Counted from the first letter of the stretch, positions 38,400 through 53,257 are shown. The stretch: DNA of 64,000 nucleotides from Azolla caroliniana (GCA_043228905.1 JBHGNT010000081.1:1-64000), one strand, 5' to 3'. Notes: generated by a model from the letters alone, not told the origin. Made by a program: numbers and translations.

Positions 38400-40190
38400 T
38401 CTTCATTATTACATGAGACGAACATAAGGAAGATGTGAAATGCTCTTCATAAATTCTTTATGACTTTCTAAGGACGGATTCTATGTCGCCATCAATAGAA
38501 TGATCACAAAGGTGTACCATTTGAATGTGTGTAATAGAAACTAGAACCATTGTCTTGAAGCATGCTTTCACTATGGCGCCAATTCTTGCCCATCCAAAAT
38601 CTTTTCCATCAATATGCTATATTCAAAGTAGATGTTTTGATTTTGCTTTGGGAAATATGTTATCATTTGATAGGGTTGACCATAAATGATATCCATTCAC
38701 CTATCAATTTTAGAAGCTTCGGGTTGCAAAAATTAATTATTGAATTCATGGAAGGAACTTTTGGGTACACTTAATCCTTTAGAGAACTGGTATATGTTAT
38801 GCAAGGAACTCCTCATAAAGTCAAGATTTATAGTGATAATTGAAAACTGGAGTTCTTGGCATATGTTAAGATTTCCTAGCCAGAGGTAAGATTAAGGGCA
38901 TACTTCAACGGTTTCTCATGTTGATTTGATGTCCACACGTTTTCCTTGTTCTTCTATAGGTAAAATCAAATGCTTTGTCATGTGGAACTCACATATTGAG
39001 CTCGCATCAAGTGATCCAACATTTGAGTAGTAACCATAGGATGTGGATGTGGTTCTATACGCCTATTAGTTCAACCTTTGGGAGCCATCATGTTTGAGGC
39101 ACATCATGATGCTTCTTTGTTTGCGTATATTCAAGCATCTCTCCCTTCATATCCATTATTACATAATGAGGTTTTAGCCTTGATTTAACTTCATCTTAAA
39201 AATGAATAGGATCAAACCACTATTTCATTATTGGAGTTTATATGTTTCAAACGATACTTCCAAGCTTCGATGTTTTGTCGGGCATATCATGTTTCTCTTG
39301 GAAACAAAAAATTGTAGTCTTAGATCCTCCCGATGTATATTGATGAAATTTGTGGTCAATATTCTTGGACTTGTTGGGTGAAAATAATGGTGGCCTAATT
39401 TCATTGATGTATTAGCTCTTTATTCAATCATATAATATATGTTGACAAGCAAAGGATCCTATGCACTTGTTCCATGGGATTTTGCAACCATCACCTATCC
39501 CAAACCAAAAAACATTTCTATGGATTTTGTTTTAGAGTTGACACTTTGTTGGGAGGGCAATGTCATTCTAGTCATCATTACATGATTTTCAAAGATAACC
39601 CATAGCATTAACTACAACACCATTACTAACGAAGGATGCACCATACCTTCTATGTGAAATAATTAGATTCATGGTTCCCTAAAGACCATCATTAGTGATT
39701 GTCGATTGTTTGATCGCTTTTGACTTTTGACATCATCCATAAAATAATGGACAAATAGAATATGTTAATACATGATTGAAGTAGTATGTGAGATATTTAT
39801 TGGTCAACACTTGATGAATGGGTTTATTATCTCACTTTAGGTAAGTTCTCAGATAACATGTCAATGTATGCATGTATTGGTTAATAATAGGCACCATTGT
39901 TTCTCAATTCTAGGAACTTGTTGGCCCTCGAATGTTTATGGCTATGATTATTGTCAAGCTTAGTGCATTCAATCAACCAAACAAAAGATGAGAACGTAAC
40001 ATTGATAGGTTGATGTATAATAAGAACTCATGAGTTAGAGAAAGTCCACAATAAGTTATACATGATGTTGCTAGGAGACACTCGTGAAGAAGAAATGACC
40101 ATTACAATTTCTGATGTTAGTTGCTTATCAAGAACACTAATATGGCTATGGGGTTCAAGGGTACCATGAGGATCAAGCCCCCCCCCCCCC
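38400..40190 (+). mobile_element. Highly decayed Ty3/gypsy pol remnant
   Basis: Near 39475-39600, broken frames read GILQPSPIP..ISMDFVLEL (integrase-like); RT-like traces near 38460. Boundaries vague. Confidence 0.45.
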
Positions 40191-40909
40191 TAGTGGTGAT
40201 TGTCCAAGAGCCGCAAGGAATATAGTAAGAGTGATCGCAAGACGTAAAGTCTTCAAATAGCCCATTGTATGCATGATGTATATGCACTACATACATACGT
40301 GTATACATGTAGGTATGTGTGTATGTGTGTGTGCGTGGTGTCTAACTACTACCAAATATTAAAGAGGCCAAGTGAGGGAATCGCGGAGGGGGACGGTGCA
40401 GGTCGCACCGCTGATGGCGCGTTCGATCTCCACCGTCCAAGATGGATGTGGAATAGGCGCGAAAAAGCGCGCCACGTAAAAAGGGAGCCCGGCTCATACA
40501 AAATGGAGCCCGACTCATTAAAGAAGGGCTCCACTTTGTGAAAGGGAGCCCTTCTCATTCATGTTCAGGGAAGTATAAAAACCCATTCAGGCAAAATGGA
40601 GCCCGACTCATTAAAGAATGGCTCCATTTTGTCAAAAGGGAGCCCTTCTCATTCATGTTCAAGGAAGTATAAAAACCCATTTTCTGTCATTTTTTGTCAT
40701 TTTCTGTCATTCATGGGTTTGAGGGTTTAGGGTTTTTTAGCAAGGCGCACCACCTGTCTGCGAGCACTCGTTGCAAACATCTTCGGTGAGGCACTGCGAG
40801 CACCTGCAGTCCAGAGGTAGGCATCATATTCCTTCTATTAGGTTTTGGTTTTTATTAGGTATCATATTCTTTCTATTAGGTTTAGGGTTGCTTCTAATAG
40901 GTACCATAA

Positions 40910-41750
40910 ATGTGTGTATGATTAAATACATGTATGTGTGTATGATTCAATACATTTGTGTGTGTATGTGTATGATTAAATACATGTATGTGTGTGTATG
41001 ATTGAATACATTTCTGTGTGTGTATGATTGAATACATTTGTGTGTGTGATGGGTTTAGGGTTACATGTATGTGTGTATTTAAGATCTTCTTTGGGCTGTG
41101 AATGTGTGTGTTTGTTGTATGATTGAATACATTTATTTGGGAATGTGCGTGTATACATGTGTATGATTGAATACATTTCTGTGTGTGTATGATTGAATAC
41201 ATTTGTGTGTGTGATGGTTGAATACATGTATGTGTGTATTTAAGATCTTCTTTGGGCTGTGAATGTGTGTGTTTGTTGTATGATTGAATACATTTATTTG
41301 GGAATGTGCGTGTATACATGTGTATGATTGAATACATTTCTGTGTGTGTATGATTGAATACATTTGTGTGTGTGATGGTTGAATACATGTATGTGTGTAT
41401 TTAAGATCTTCTTTGGGCTGTGAATGTGTGTGTTTGTTGTATGATTGAATACATTTATTTGGGAATGTGTGTGTATACATGTGTATGATTGAATACATTT
41501 CTGTGTGTGTATGATTGAATACATTTGTGTGTGTGATGGTTGAATACATGTATGTGTGTATTTAAGATCTTCTTTGGGCTGTGAATGTGTGTGTTTGTTG
41601 TATGATGAATACATTTATTTGGGAATGTGTGTGTATACATGTGTATGATTGAATACATGTATTTGTGTATTTTAGATCTTCCATGGGCTGCGAATGTGTG
41701 TGCATGTGTATGATTGAATACATGTTTGTGTGTATTTAAGATCTTCTATA
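40910..41750. repeat. 161-bp TG-rich tandem repeat (~4-5 copies) inside the MULE
   Basis: TTTAAGATCTTCTTTGGGCTGTGAATGTGTG recurs at ~41078, 41239, 41400 and 41561; built from ATGATTGAATACAT sub-repeats. Confidence 0.92.
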
Positions 41751-42099
41751 GGCTATACGACATATCTCGAGTCGGACACATGACCATTGCATCATCAACA
41801 ACGGGCAATTCCATGAATTGCGTATCCCAACCCAACCTAATGGGACCGATTGTGGGTATTACGTGATGCAAACTATTCGCATGTTGGTCGAGGAGTTGAT
41901 TCAAGGATTTGAGTCCGATCAATTTGTAAGTATTTATGAGATTTGAATTTGAGCATTTGTTTTTGTTTTTGTTGATGGCATCTTCAATTGTAGGGTAAGG
42001 AGCAATGGTTTGGATTCGAAGACGTGGAGCTCCTTCGGAAAATCATGGCAAAATGGGCACGAAGGACTTTGGGCATATGACTACGTGGAGTCATTTTGC

Positions 42100-42775
42100 A
42101 ATGGTTGTATATGACTCAATGTAAATCATTTTGGTTGTATATGAATCTCATTTTGGTTGTAGATGACTCAATGTAAATCATTTTGGTTGTAGATGACTCA
42201 ATGTAAATCATTTTGGTTGTATATGACTCAATGTAAATCATTTTGGTTGTATATGAATCTCATCTTGGTTTAATATGAATCAATTTTTGAATCTCATTTT
42301 GGTTGTATATGAATCTCATCTTGGTTGAATATGAATCAATTTTTGAATCGCATTTTGGTTGTATATGAATCTCATTTTGGTTGTGTATGAATCTCATTTT
42401 GGTTGTATATGAAAATCATTTTGGTTGTATATTGGAATTGTTTTGGGTGTCAAAAGAATAAGACTAATAGCTTATTGACAAGTAGTGAAGGCAATGGTTT
42501 TTGAGAAAGGCCAATAAAGAGTAAGTATATAGAAAGAGTGCTTCAGTCCTTACGTAAAGAATACATAATAAGACATAATGTCAATCCATTTCAAAGACAT
42601 AATAAGACTCAATGTCAATCCAATTCAAAGACATAATAAGACATAATAAGACTCGATGTCATTCCATTTCAAAGACATAAATAAGACTCAATGTCAATCC
42701 ATTTCAAAGACATAAATAAGACTCAATGTCAATCCATTTCAAAGACATAATAAGACTCAATGTCAATCTTATGAC
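42100..42775. repeat. Two minisatellites inside the MULE (~22-30 bp CATTTTGGTTGTATATGA; ~33 bp AAGACTCAATGTCAATCCATTTCAAAGACATAAT)
   Basis: Direct repeats visible at 42100-42430 and 42570-42770. Confidence 0.9.
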
Positions 42776-44568
42776 TAAGGTTAAAAATCGGGAGTGCCAT
42801 GACTAAGGTTGATTGGGCTTTGATCTTGCATCATGCCTATGCACTCCGAGATCTTGGGAAAGTGGCACATGTTCAACCCTACCTGCATGGTGAACCAGGA
42901 TCTCCCGCCATACAACCATTTATCTTGATACTTCAAGATCAATGGATGTTGGAAATGTGTGAGCGGTTGACCCTAAACAACTCTTGGGCAATCGACTCGA
43001 CATTTAAAACAAACCAATTTGGGCTACCATTATATGCCGCAGTTGCCCCCAATGCCATGGGAATTGGGATCCCATTATGGTACATGCTTTGTAGTTCTGA
43101 TAAGGGGTCAAACCATGAGCAAGTGGCATTAGAAACTTGTTTGAGAGTCATATTCGCAAGGATGCCCACGGTGAGGCCAAATGCGATAGTGATCGATAAA
43201 TGTTGGACGTCATATAATGCCATAACTAATGTGGTTGCAACAGACCGTCAATCTTGGATTGTTGTAAATGGGCAACGGTCCCAAACACATTTGTGGTTTG
43301 ACATGTGTGTGGAGGAAACTCTGGCCCAAGTTTGGTAGAATGTTCAACTATGGACATGTTGACACTACCAATATTGTGGAAAGACATTGGCAGTTTATCA
43401 AGTATACTGCCTTGAGGGGAAGAATAAACCGATCAATTACCGACCTTCTACATGTCTTAATCGGGGACAGTGAAACTGGCACTTGCATAGGAGGAACGGT
43501 AATAGAATGGTACAAGCAACGACAAGAAATATGTGAGAGTGGTCGGTTTGCACCTCGTGCGAATTGTAGGGATCAAAGGTCTCGACTTAAAGAAGCAGAG
43601 AGAATATTGGAAAGGTATGTCGAAAATAGACATCTCGCAAGAACTTATTGGCAGCAACAATAGACATCTCGTGCAACAATAGACATCTCGCAAGAACTTA
43701 TTGGCAGCTCCCCAAACACTTCCAAATCCCACTCCGGAAAATTATAAAGAGGTGCTAGTCGGGCTAGGAGGAGATTGCCATTGGTTGACCATGAGAAGGT
43801 TCGGTGTTTGCGTTGCGATGGCTTGACCTTGACTTCAAGGGACTCAAATGTTACATGTTGTAAAAATTGTGGTTGCATCTTGCAATCATCCCGACATGAG
43901 CCATAATCTTAATATGTATATTTCAATTTAGGGTTGTCAACATCTGACATTTTAATATTTTATGTAAGACTTGTTATTTGAACCTTTACGTTTTTTTGAG
44001 AAATTTTATGGTCAGTTTCATGGAAAATATTTGTTGTACACTTACAATTTTGTGGAGTTTTTGATGTTTGTTGCTACAGAGTCGGGCTCCTTTTGACAGA
44101 GTCGGGCTCCTTCTTACTGATGTGATCTGACAGCGGGGCTCCTTCTGACAGAGTCGGGCTCCCTCTTGCATAGGTTGTCTGACAGCGGGGCTCCTTTTTT
44201 ACAGAGTCGGGCTCCCTGTGGGAGAGTCGGGCTCCTTTTCGCAGAGTCGGGCTCCTTCTGACAGACGTTGTCAGCTTTTTATCCATCTTGGACGGTGGAG
44301 ATCGAACGTGCCATCAGCGATGTGACCTGCACCGTCCCTCTCCGCGATTCCCTCACTTGCCCTCTTTAATATTTGGTAGCAGTTAGTCACGAGCGTGTGT
44401 GTGTATGTATATATCAAATGTATGTATGTATGTATGTATATACGTACATACATACATACTGCATATATGTAATAATGTATGTATATATATTGCAGAAGAC
44501 AGGACGATATTGGCTTTTAGTTTTAGGTCTATCTGTAGACCTGCAGGCGGAGAGGGCGAGTGGTAGCC

Positions 44569-47500
44569 ATGGCGAACGACCTCGTGCTGGACACCGCGAT
44601 CCGCGACTGGGTGCTGGTTCCTCTCTCCGTCGTCATGGTCCTGATCGGCGTCCTCCGCTACTTCGTGTCCAAGCTCATACGCTCCTCGTCCACGCCCGAT
44701 CTCAAGTCGCTCAAAGAAGGGTAAGGGTAAACTCCACCCCCACCTCTGGGTTCTCCTTTCATGGCTTAATTCTGTTGATCCCTCCCTTGCAGGCAGATCG
44801 TCTTGCGAGCCAGATATCTCAGGGCTGCGGGTAACTTCATTCCAGCCAAATCATTCCGATCCCGTCGCACCTACTACAATAACGAGGTATGCTCCCAATA
44901 GTAAAAGAAAGATCGACATTGATTCAGGTTAGGTCCGTTTCTCCGAGGCAATGTGTTTAAATTTTGATCCATAAAAAACCATTTTTCCAAGCCCGACAAA
45001 TTGAAAATCCCTATTGTTGCTGGTTTTTGGTCTAAAAACACTATCAACAGTAATATTGTATTTTTCTTGCTTATCCTATGTTAACTCATGTGGCATATAT
45101 ACATGTCTAGAACAAATGTATTAGCAAGCAAGTAAGAAATTGATGGATCCAGCAGCTAAAATTACAAACTATAATTAGAGCTCAATGTTGTAAGCTAACT
45201 TATAAAAAATGTCGTTAGTCAAAATCGTGATCAATAAAAAAACCGATTTTCCAGGCCCCACAAATTGAAAATCCCTCTTGTTACCGATTTTTGGTCTAAA
45301 AACACTATCAACAGTAATATGGCCTTTTTCTTGCTTATCCTATGTTACCTCATGTGGGATATATACATTTCTAGAACAAATGTATTAGCAAGCAAGCAAG
45401 CAAGAAATTGATTGAGCCAGCAGCTGCAATTACAAACTATAATTAGAGCTCAATGTTATAAGCAATAAATTTCTAAATTATAAAAAATGTGCGACTGCAG
45501 TATGCTGCAGACTTGTAGATGTGTCTGCAGAGGTCCACCAGGATACATGGATGTTTTTGATAAATTTGTGTCAGTAACCTTGGTTTAGCCTTGCAAGGAT
45601 AATATGACAACCCTCTCACCTGTGAAAGGTGAAATTTAGGCTTGCAAATTTACGTGAACTTACTATTCCTCTTGGATCTATGAAAACTTAGAATACTAGA
45701 ATTGGCCAATCATTGTCAGCGGATAGAAAAAAGATGAATTTAAAGGTAATGCCCACCATTGCCCATGGATGGAAAGAAGGTAAAACTTTATGGTAATATG
45801 CAGGGTCTCAAACACAGTTCACCAAAATGTACTTGTTGTTCTCATGATGTTTTTATGTGTAATATGCTGACTAGACACAAGGGTATCTCATGATGTTTTT
45901 ATGCATAATATGCTGATCTCGTGTTTTGGCATTATCTTCTTTCCAATGCAAATAAACTGGGTCTTCATACTGAATCCACATATGATAGCCTATGTCCCAT
46001 AATTCTTGGTTGTGATCTTGAACAATTAAATCCATAGCTATTCTTTCCTTTTGTCTGTTTCGTGTTGGCATAGGCTGCACAATGCCTGATGCCTTTTCTA
46101 TGTCAAATTTAGCTTTTTGGCAAGTTATGAATGTCCTTGTGGATGTTTCAACATATCATCACGAAAAAATCTCAACCAATTTCATTGTAGCCTCAATTTT
46201 GTGACTCCCTGTATGCGGCGGAACATGTATTTCTACCAATACTTTAGGCCTTAACTGCTTTGCGACACATAGTTTTTCATGCATGATATGAAACCCATCT
46301 CTGAGATTATGCTGCTCATAATGCTGCACATAAGCTAGCTGATCATATATCTTTGTGAAATCACCATCAGCAATTTCTGCTTCATGAATAATAAGAATCC
46401 CCTTTCTGATATTACACTGCATGTTCAGGTAGATAACATATCCTTGTAATCATCAACTTCAGGAAATTGCTCATTCATTTCATTGAGCTTATGATTGTAA
46501 GCAAAAGACATTGCCAACACTAGTGTCTGCTTGAAAATGCATGAATATCATTTTTTCCTTCTACATGCACAATTTGAAAATAGAACATGGACAAGGAATT
46601 TGTCCTCAGCATATGCTAATCAGAAAATTATGATTGTGTAAAGAATAATGTTAGCTTTGATCTATTTTTACAATAAAATCATCTTCCAAGTTTATTGAAA
46701 GTTCCTTTTATGGTTCTAATCTACTTCTTTGTAGACGAGCTGTAAAAGTTTTAATATGGACATATCTTGAAGACATGTCTTATCTTCTATATCAAGCTTG
46801 ATATATTTCTACCTCTGAGCATGTCAAAGATATATCCATATTATGTAAATACATCTACTAGAAATGCTTCATACTGTTTCTTAATTTTGGAAATGAGTAA
46901 ACCTGCTTTGGTTTTGTATTGTAGTAGAAGTTATCATGCAGATCACAATCATGAAAAAGTTGGGCTCATTATTAGCCTCTCTCCATGATACCCCTTTTTT
47001 TAGTTCGAAACGTCGATCTTGGCGAAGTTACATGTGATGGATTCTTGTGCACAACTAATGATTGTGATCTTGTTTCTTCAGATGTTGATTCTATATATAT
47101 TATTTTTGCACTTTTGTCTCAGGAAAATGGATTATTACATGTTCCAAAGGGACAAACTCAAAATGTACAAGCTCAAATGTTTTCAGATCCAAATATGGCC
47201 ATGGATATGATGAAGAAGAATTTATCCATGATTATTCCTCAGGTTTATATATTCCGTGATTGTTACATTCATTATTAGGCAAGAGCCTCAGACTAATCAT
47301 GGCTCTTGTTCCATGCAGACCCTCACTTTTGCATGGGTAAATTTTTTCTTCTCAGGCTTTGTGGCAGGTGAATGTAGATTGCATCTCGTTAGTCGGCTTA
47401 AATTTCTATCAATAATTTATCAGCTTTTGGGACCCATGTTGAGGATTGTTTCTTTACAGCAAAGATTCCATTCCCTCTAACTCAAAGATTTAGGCCAATG

Positions 47501-48679
47501 TTACAAAATGGAATTGACTTGAGCTCTGTGGATGTCAGTTATGTTAGTAGCCGTTCATGGTATACATAATCATCTTCTTCTTATTGCTCCAGAACTGCAC
47601 TGCTAGATAGTATTGCCTGAAAGATGATTTCTGTCAAAATTATAATAGGTATTTCTTGAATCTATTTGGACTTCGTGGGTTCTTCAGCTTGATCCTTGGA
47701 GAAGAAAATGGTATGAACGTGAACTTGTATGTTTAAGAAAGCTGTTTTCTGGTGTATCCAGTTAACACCATTTTGTTGCAATTTTTGGCAGCAACGGATG
47801 ATACACAGAGAATGATGCAAATGGGGGGCCAGATGGGTGGATTTGGTGTAGATTCTTCCAAGGTATTTTGAATAATTCTTTGGATGTACTTAGAAGTTAG
47901 AATCAAGGAAAAGATAGCATCAGATTTTGATTTATTGCATTTGGCGTATTTTTATAATGATCAACAGCTGGATGCCATTGATATTTCTAGGTCTGCTTGC
48001 AAAATTATCATGATGTTCTCCACTAGTTTTGTATAGATTCACCCATAATCATGATTGTATCAGACAAATGAGTAATGCAAGGGATGAGTATAATAATGAA
48101 TTACTGAGTTCAGCCATATTTAGAGAATTCAACAAGTTTAATTAAATCATGTTATAGATTTTCATGGAGTTTGCAATTTCATTCCAAACATTTAATAATG
48201 TCAAGAGGATGTTTTTTCAATCTTCTGCTCTCTAATGCTCTGAAAATAATTTTGAATTTCAGACTGTGTTTTACTGTATGTATTCCATTTCTGCTGCTCA
48301 TTGAGTGTTCTTATTTTTTTTTCTTCCATCCTCAATTTGACATGTGATGTCTTGTATGTATAATTTCTGCACTTCTGAGGTTTTAATTAATTGACAAAGA
48401 GATTCAATTGATAGATTTACTATCACTGCAAAATGCTGCCATTGCGATACCAGTTAATGCGGGGTGAAATTAAATGTACTTTTGTCTTTTTAAGTATGAG
48501 ATGGTTCATCTTATTCATTCATAGATATTTCCTGGCATTGTTTTCTAAATTCAGATTTTTTGTCGGTTTAGACTCTCACAGCTGAAAAGGATGGCTTGGA
48601 ATTGATCCAGCATGAATGGGCATTGCCCAAATTGGAGCAAGAGGCAGAGATTCTTTTAAGGCAGCTACTTTCAAGATGA
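44569..48679 (+). CDS. EMC3: ER membrane protein complex subunit 3, 8 exons
   Basis: Exons 44569-44720, 44793-44886, 47123-47242, 47319-47367, 47460-47559, 47649-47710, 47792-47862, 48572-48679 give [86 protein letters not shown]; all GT-AG, frame continuous. Confidence 0.95.
44975..45470. repeat. ~265-bp direct duplication in EMC3 intron 2
   Basis: AAATTGAAAATCCCT..GGTCTAAAAACACTATCAACAGTAATAT..TATAATTAGAGCTCAATGTT occurs twice. Confidence 0.88.
45720..46540 (-). mobile_element. Decayed gypsy integrase fragment in EMC3 intron 2
   Basis: [39 protein letters not shown] resembles integrase H2C2 plus the start of the core. Confidence 0.65.
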
Positions 48680-50989
48680 TATCAGCAAAATGCAAATTGT
48701 GAAGTTCTTCTTTACTTGTCAAAAGAAGCACAACAGAGATGTACAAGCAATGGGGCTGAAGGAAGGCCCTTTTGTTTTGGATGTGGCTAAGTTTATAAAT
48801 GAGGTGAATTGATTATGTAAACTCACTTGAATCAGCCATTGATGATGATTGACTTAGTGGTTGGATTTATGAGTTTTTTCCCTCTTAATGCCCTTGTACT
48901 GGTATCTTAACAAGGTTTGATGAATATTAATTTTCAAACCTGGTTTTCATCTTCTATATCTAGGCTTGTGTAGGACGTGGCTAAGCTATAGCTAAGAGGA
49001 AATTTTCTATTTGTGTTATGTGAATATCTATATGCGACTGGGTAAACCTTGATTCAAGTCTCACAATATGCAGATTGATGCAAATAATAGTATTTAGTTC
49101 TGTGATTCTTCGCGTAGTAGGTTTTTGTTCTGTGATTCTTCGTGTTGTCTTCGATTGCATTTACAACAAACAGGCTAAGATCTACTATTGATACATGGTC
49201 TACTTGTTTGTATTCCATCTCTTTACCTGTGCTCACATTTTGTGCTACATCAAAGATTCATGCGTTTGTAATTTATATTTTGCATTAACAATTACTAGCA
49301 TAAAGATGAAGGCAGTGCATTGCCATTTCCAAGCTTTCAGCTAAGGTTCTGTACGAATCTTTCATCAATACCAAATTCTTTGTTGTGTTGCTTGTTGCCA
49401 AAATAAAGTATGTGTTTCTGTAACTTCCGGTAGAATACAATACCTTAATTTATTTGAGTACAAATGTTTTATTGATCTTTGATTTTATTTTCATCTATCA
49501 ACGTGCAGAATTATTTCATTGAAAAGGGTTATATGTTTTTATCAGCATAAAGAGATAGAGAGAAAGATATCTTTTAGTGTCTATGGAGGACACTGATTGT
49601 GATCTGTTGGTTAAGACCCAGCCTATATAGCAAGGATAAAAACAATTGGGTTCTCTCAATAGTATGACCTAGTTATTATGGTGCAATAACCACCAAGTTT
49701 ATGACTAGAAAGTGAGAGAGATGAATCCTTATAAAGGGAAGATGAATGGTGAGTGTGTTGCCAAAAGAAATGATATAATCATTGCTATGTTTTAGAAGAG
49801 AAGAGAAAATCTTGAAGTCTTTTCAATTTTGTGGGAATTTGACTACAATTGTTTATGGTCTAGAAGAGAAGAGGAAATCTTGAAGTGTTATGTGGGAATT
49901 GACTACAATTGTTTAGCAATGTGAGCATTGAAACAATGAGTGATAGGGGAATAAGAAATATCATTGTGTAAAGAGTGTAAAGCAATGGATTATACAAAGT
50001 TGTAGATGAGAGGGTCAAGCAAATATGGAACAATATGGATTGGGAGTATGTCTTTGGGCCGAGAGATAATATGAACTTGGAATGTTGGCTATGATGAGTT
50101 GACTACACATGCATGCGGAACATGATTATATCAACATAAATCATTGATATAGATAAATATCAACTTAAAGAATTGGTGAGCAATTGATTGGACAAAGGAA
50201 TAGATAGCAATATAACTTAGATTGAGTGGGGGCAACAAAGCTCTAAAACAATGATTATTTTTTTATTCCAGCTCAACCCAAAGGAAATAAACTACTGAGG
50301 AATGGAATAAGGATGATAATTGTCAAGAAAGTGAGAAAGTGGGAAGGGTTTATGATGTTCATGCATACAGAAAATGCAAAATGCTTAAAAATCACCCTTC
50401 TTGATATTGGAGATTAATCAATTCTAACACCTAGGAAAGAGAAGTGCAGTTCATTTGATAATCTCGAGTATTCAAATTCTCATTCACTAGGCTTCGTCGA
50501 CTATTTTTGCATGTTTCACCTCTCTCTAAAATATGTGAGAGGTGTGATGTGAGTGATAGTGGTGAAACATTTGTACATTGGGGAAGAGAGAATCTTATTA
50601 GCATGTTGAGGTTATCATTAAACTACAATATATTACATTACCTCTCTTTATAAGGGATAGATTTGGTCATAAATGCCAACATGTAAAATAATAACATAAC
50701 ATTGTAGTGTATATATAATGTAATTGACATTTAAGCAAAAATAAAAAGCTTAATAGCTCAATAATTTGAACACTCAATTGTCAATCAAGCACTTTTGACA
50801 TTGAACAAAAGCATATGTATGTAACCAAACAAACACCATCTCTTAAGAAGTTGATAAACTAATAATATATTTTCTTTTTTCCCAATGTATTATGAATGGA
50901 AAATCACAAATGATTGCAATCTCAAGCTATAAATTTGAGGGAGGAATAGGTATACACAAGAGTGCACCTCTTGTAAGATGTAGGCATAT

Positions 50990-51265
50990 TAAAAAGTAAC
51001 CCATTTATTTGGAATATGGAGGTACTAGGTACCTCTTTTCTTGAGAGATGAACTTGTTGAAGAGATGGTAACTAGACATTAGAATTATTGGCTAATATAA
51101 TGCCATTCCTACAAAAAGTCAAATTAAAAAGTAACCCATTCCATTTGGAATATGGAGGTACTAGGTACCTCTATTCTTGAGAGATGCACTTGTTGAAGAG
51201 ATGGTAACTAGAAATTAGAATTATTGGCTAATATAATGTCATTCCTACAAAAAGTCAAATAAAAA
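50990..51265. repeat. ~135-bp tandem duplication
   Basis: AAAAAGTAACCCATT..GGAATATGGAGGTACTAGGTACCTC..CCTACAAAAAGTCAAAT occurs twice. Confidence 0.9.
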
Positions 51266-51938
51266 TATGGGGACTCCATATAATAACATATCTTTCAAGC
51301 CCCAATGGGGTTGGCATTGTGTCTCTTGAGTGGCACGTCGATTCTTCCTAGTCAAAATAGTTTTTTTTCACTCATTGACTTCTTTTTGTGAGCATGAGGT
51401 TTTTCTTTGACCTATAAATTGCCCAAAATGTTGATATTTGTACTGGGCCCATTTCAAATGATTTCCATGTCCAAATAACTTGGGATGGGTTTTGTCAAAT
51501 GGCACGATGGAAAAGCTTTCATGCCTGTACTCGGAAGGAGATAGGGCCTATATGTGATGTAAACAAATTATCAAGAGAGGCTTGCCATCAACTTTGCTTT
51601 TCTAGGTGGAAATTGAAAATGTCTACTAGGATAAATTTCACGCGGGAAAAAAGTCAATAAATCATTTCCATGCATTTGAAAAAAGGGGATACAAACAAGA
51701 CAACATTTTTAGATGGATGTAGATGGAAAGCACTTGAACTTTTGGCCTCAAAGGGCACGTGCATATGTGAATGATAAGGGTGAGAAGAGAGAAAAGGGGT
51801 GCTTTGTGAGCACACATAGGTCATGTGTGTGTGTGTGGACGAGGGATGACAAGGGTTGTAAGTCAATGGATATCTATTTACATGGGAGAGCCATTTAGAT
51901 CGGGATCTACATTGAGTTCCAGTCCCAACTCTATTGAC

Positions 51939-51992
<54 letters not shown>

Positions 51993-52819
51993 CACTTGCT
52001 TCAATAATGGGGTTGGTTTGTATGTTAGGGGATTCTCTGATTCAATTTGCAAGTAGACATAGAGAGAAAGAGATAAAGATATATTAACGTCTTCTAAGGC
52101 CAAAAAGTGGCCCATGAGACAATTGGTGTACAACACAATGGGGTATTTATCCAATCATCAAAAAAAATAAAAATAGAACTTAAGCTAAAAGAGTTCTAGT
52201 ATTGTACAAAACATGGTATGGTGTAACATATTCGATAAAGGAAATGGCTTTGTACTAAGCCTAGTTTCATTTCCATCCAAGCCCCTTGAAAATAAGTGGG
52301 AGGTCAAAGGGTTTCGGTGTGGGTGTGACCCGTGGTTCCGGTGTAGAGAGATAGCCCAACCATGGTGGCTTCTAGGCAGTGTAGCTCATGTTCCCTTATT
52401 TTCTTATTTGGTTCTACACCACGTCACGTTGCTTTGAAACCCGACATCCGAGGGTGTTTGGTTCTTCTTTGGTTTTCTGCTTCATCAAGGAAGAGATCGA
52501 GTGGTGAGGTGTGTCTACATTCGTCATCTCCCCTTGTCCCTGAAAAACTACAAAGTTGGTGAATATTAGAAACGTTATGGTAATATTTTGTAGCTTATTC
52601 TCTTTGAGTTGTTTTAGCTCTAGGATATATCTGCCACACACACGCACACACAAAATTATGGATCTATTTGGGAGAAATTACAAGATATACCATTGTTGCA
52701 TGGATCTTTGCCATTGAAAACAAATGTTGCACCTTAGGTGGATTGGCGGTTACAAGTAACTACAAATATATTGTATCATCATGCAATGACATCATTGTCT
52801 TTGATATCTCCAAAAGCAG

Positions 52820-53030
52820 AAAAGACGTGGAATGTATGTAAGTTGAATGCAAGGTGTTGGAAAATATTACACTATGGTTGCCATTCCCATTTGCCATTTC
52901 GTGCAAAGGTATTAATATGGAGAGTCATGATTGGTGGGCTCCCATTAGGTTCAACCTTAAAAGAGACGAGGACTAGGGTCAAGCACACTTTCTTTTTGCA
53001 CCATATTGTTGGAGGACAATACACAATGAC
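52820..53030 (+). mobile_element. L1-like LINE zf-RVT fragment
   Basis: LPFRAKVLIWRVMIGGLPLGSTLK resembles the P-K-x-K-x-F-x-W..L-P motif of zf-RVT. Confidence 0.5.
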
Positions 53031-53257
53031 GAGATGGAGATATTGTTCGAATTTTTAAAATATTGGGGACTATAACACAATTAGAATATCTGTAATGCTT
53101 TCATCTTTGATAATAGACATGGGGGGGAAAGCCTATATGAAGAAGTTGAAAGGTATTCTTATGTAGAATTTCTTGGATGTTAGAGCAAGTGGGGATCATT
53201 TCCTCAAATGCACATTCAAGTTTTCTAGTGGCGTTACAGGACATCCCTCTCCGTACA

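Larger units (their letters stand above)
40338..44390 (+). mobile_element. Mutator-like element (MULE) with ~110-bp TIRs, transposase remnant and Ulp1-like protease remnant
   Basis: TIR CTAACT(A/G)CTACCAAATATTAAAGAGG..CGATCTCCACCGTCCAAGATGGAT at both ends, with GGAGCCCGACTC subterminal repeats. DDE-like motifs IDSTFKTNQFGLPL, AIVIDK and TTNIVERHWQFIK (42799-43663, frameshifted). QPNGTDCGYYVM near 41830. Confidence 0.88.

Noticed and set aside
40894-41658. His/Thr-rich ORFs on the minus strand
   Set aside because: They are translations of the 161-bp TG-rich satellite.
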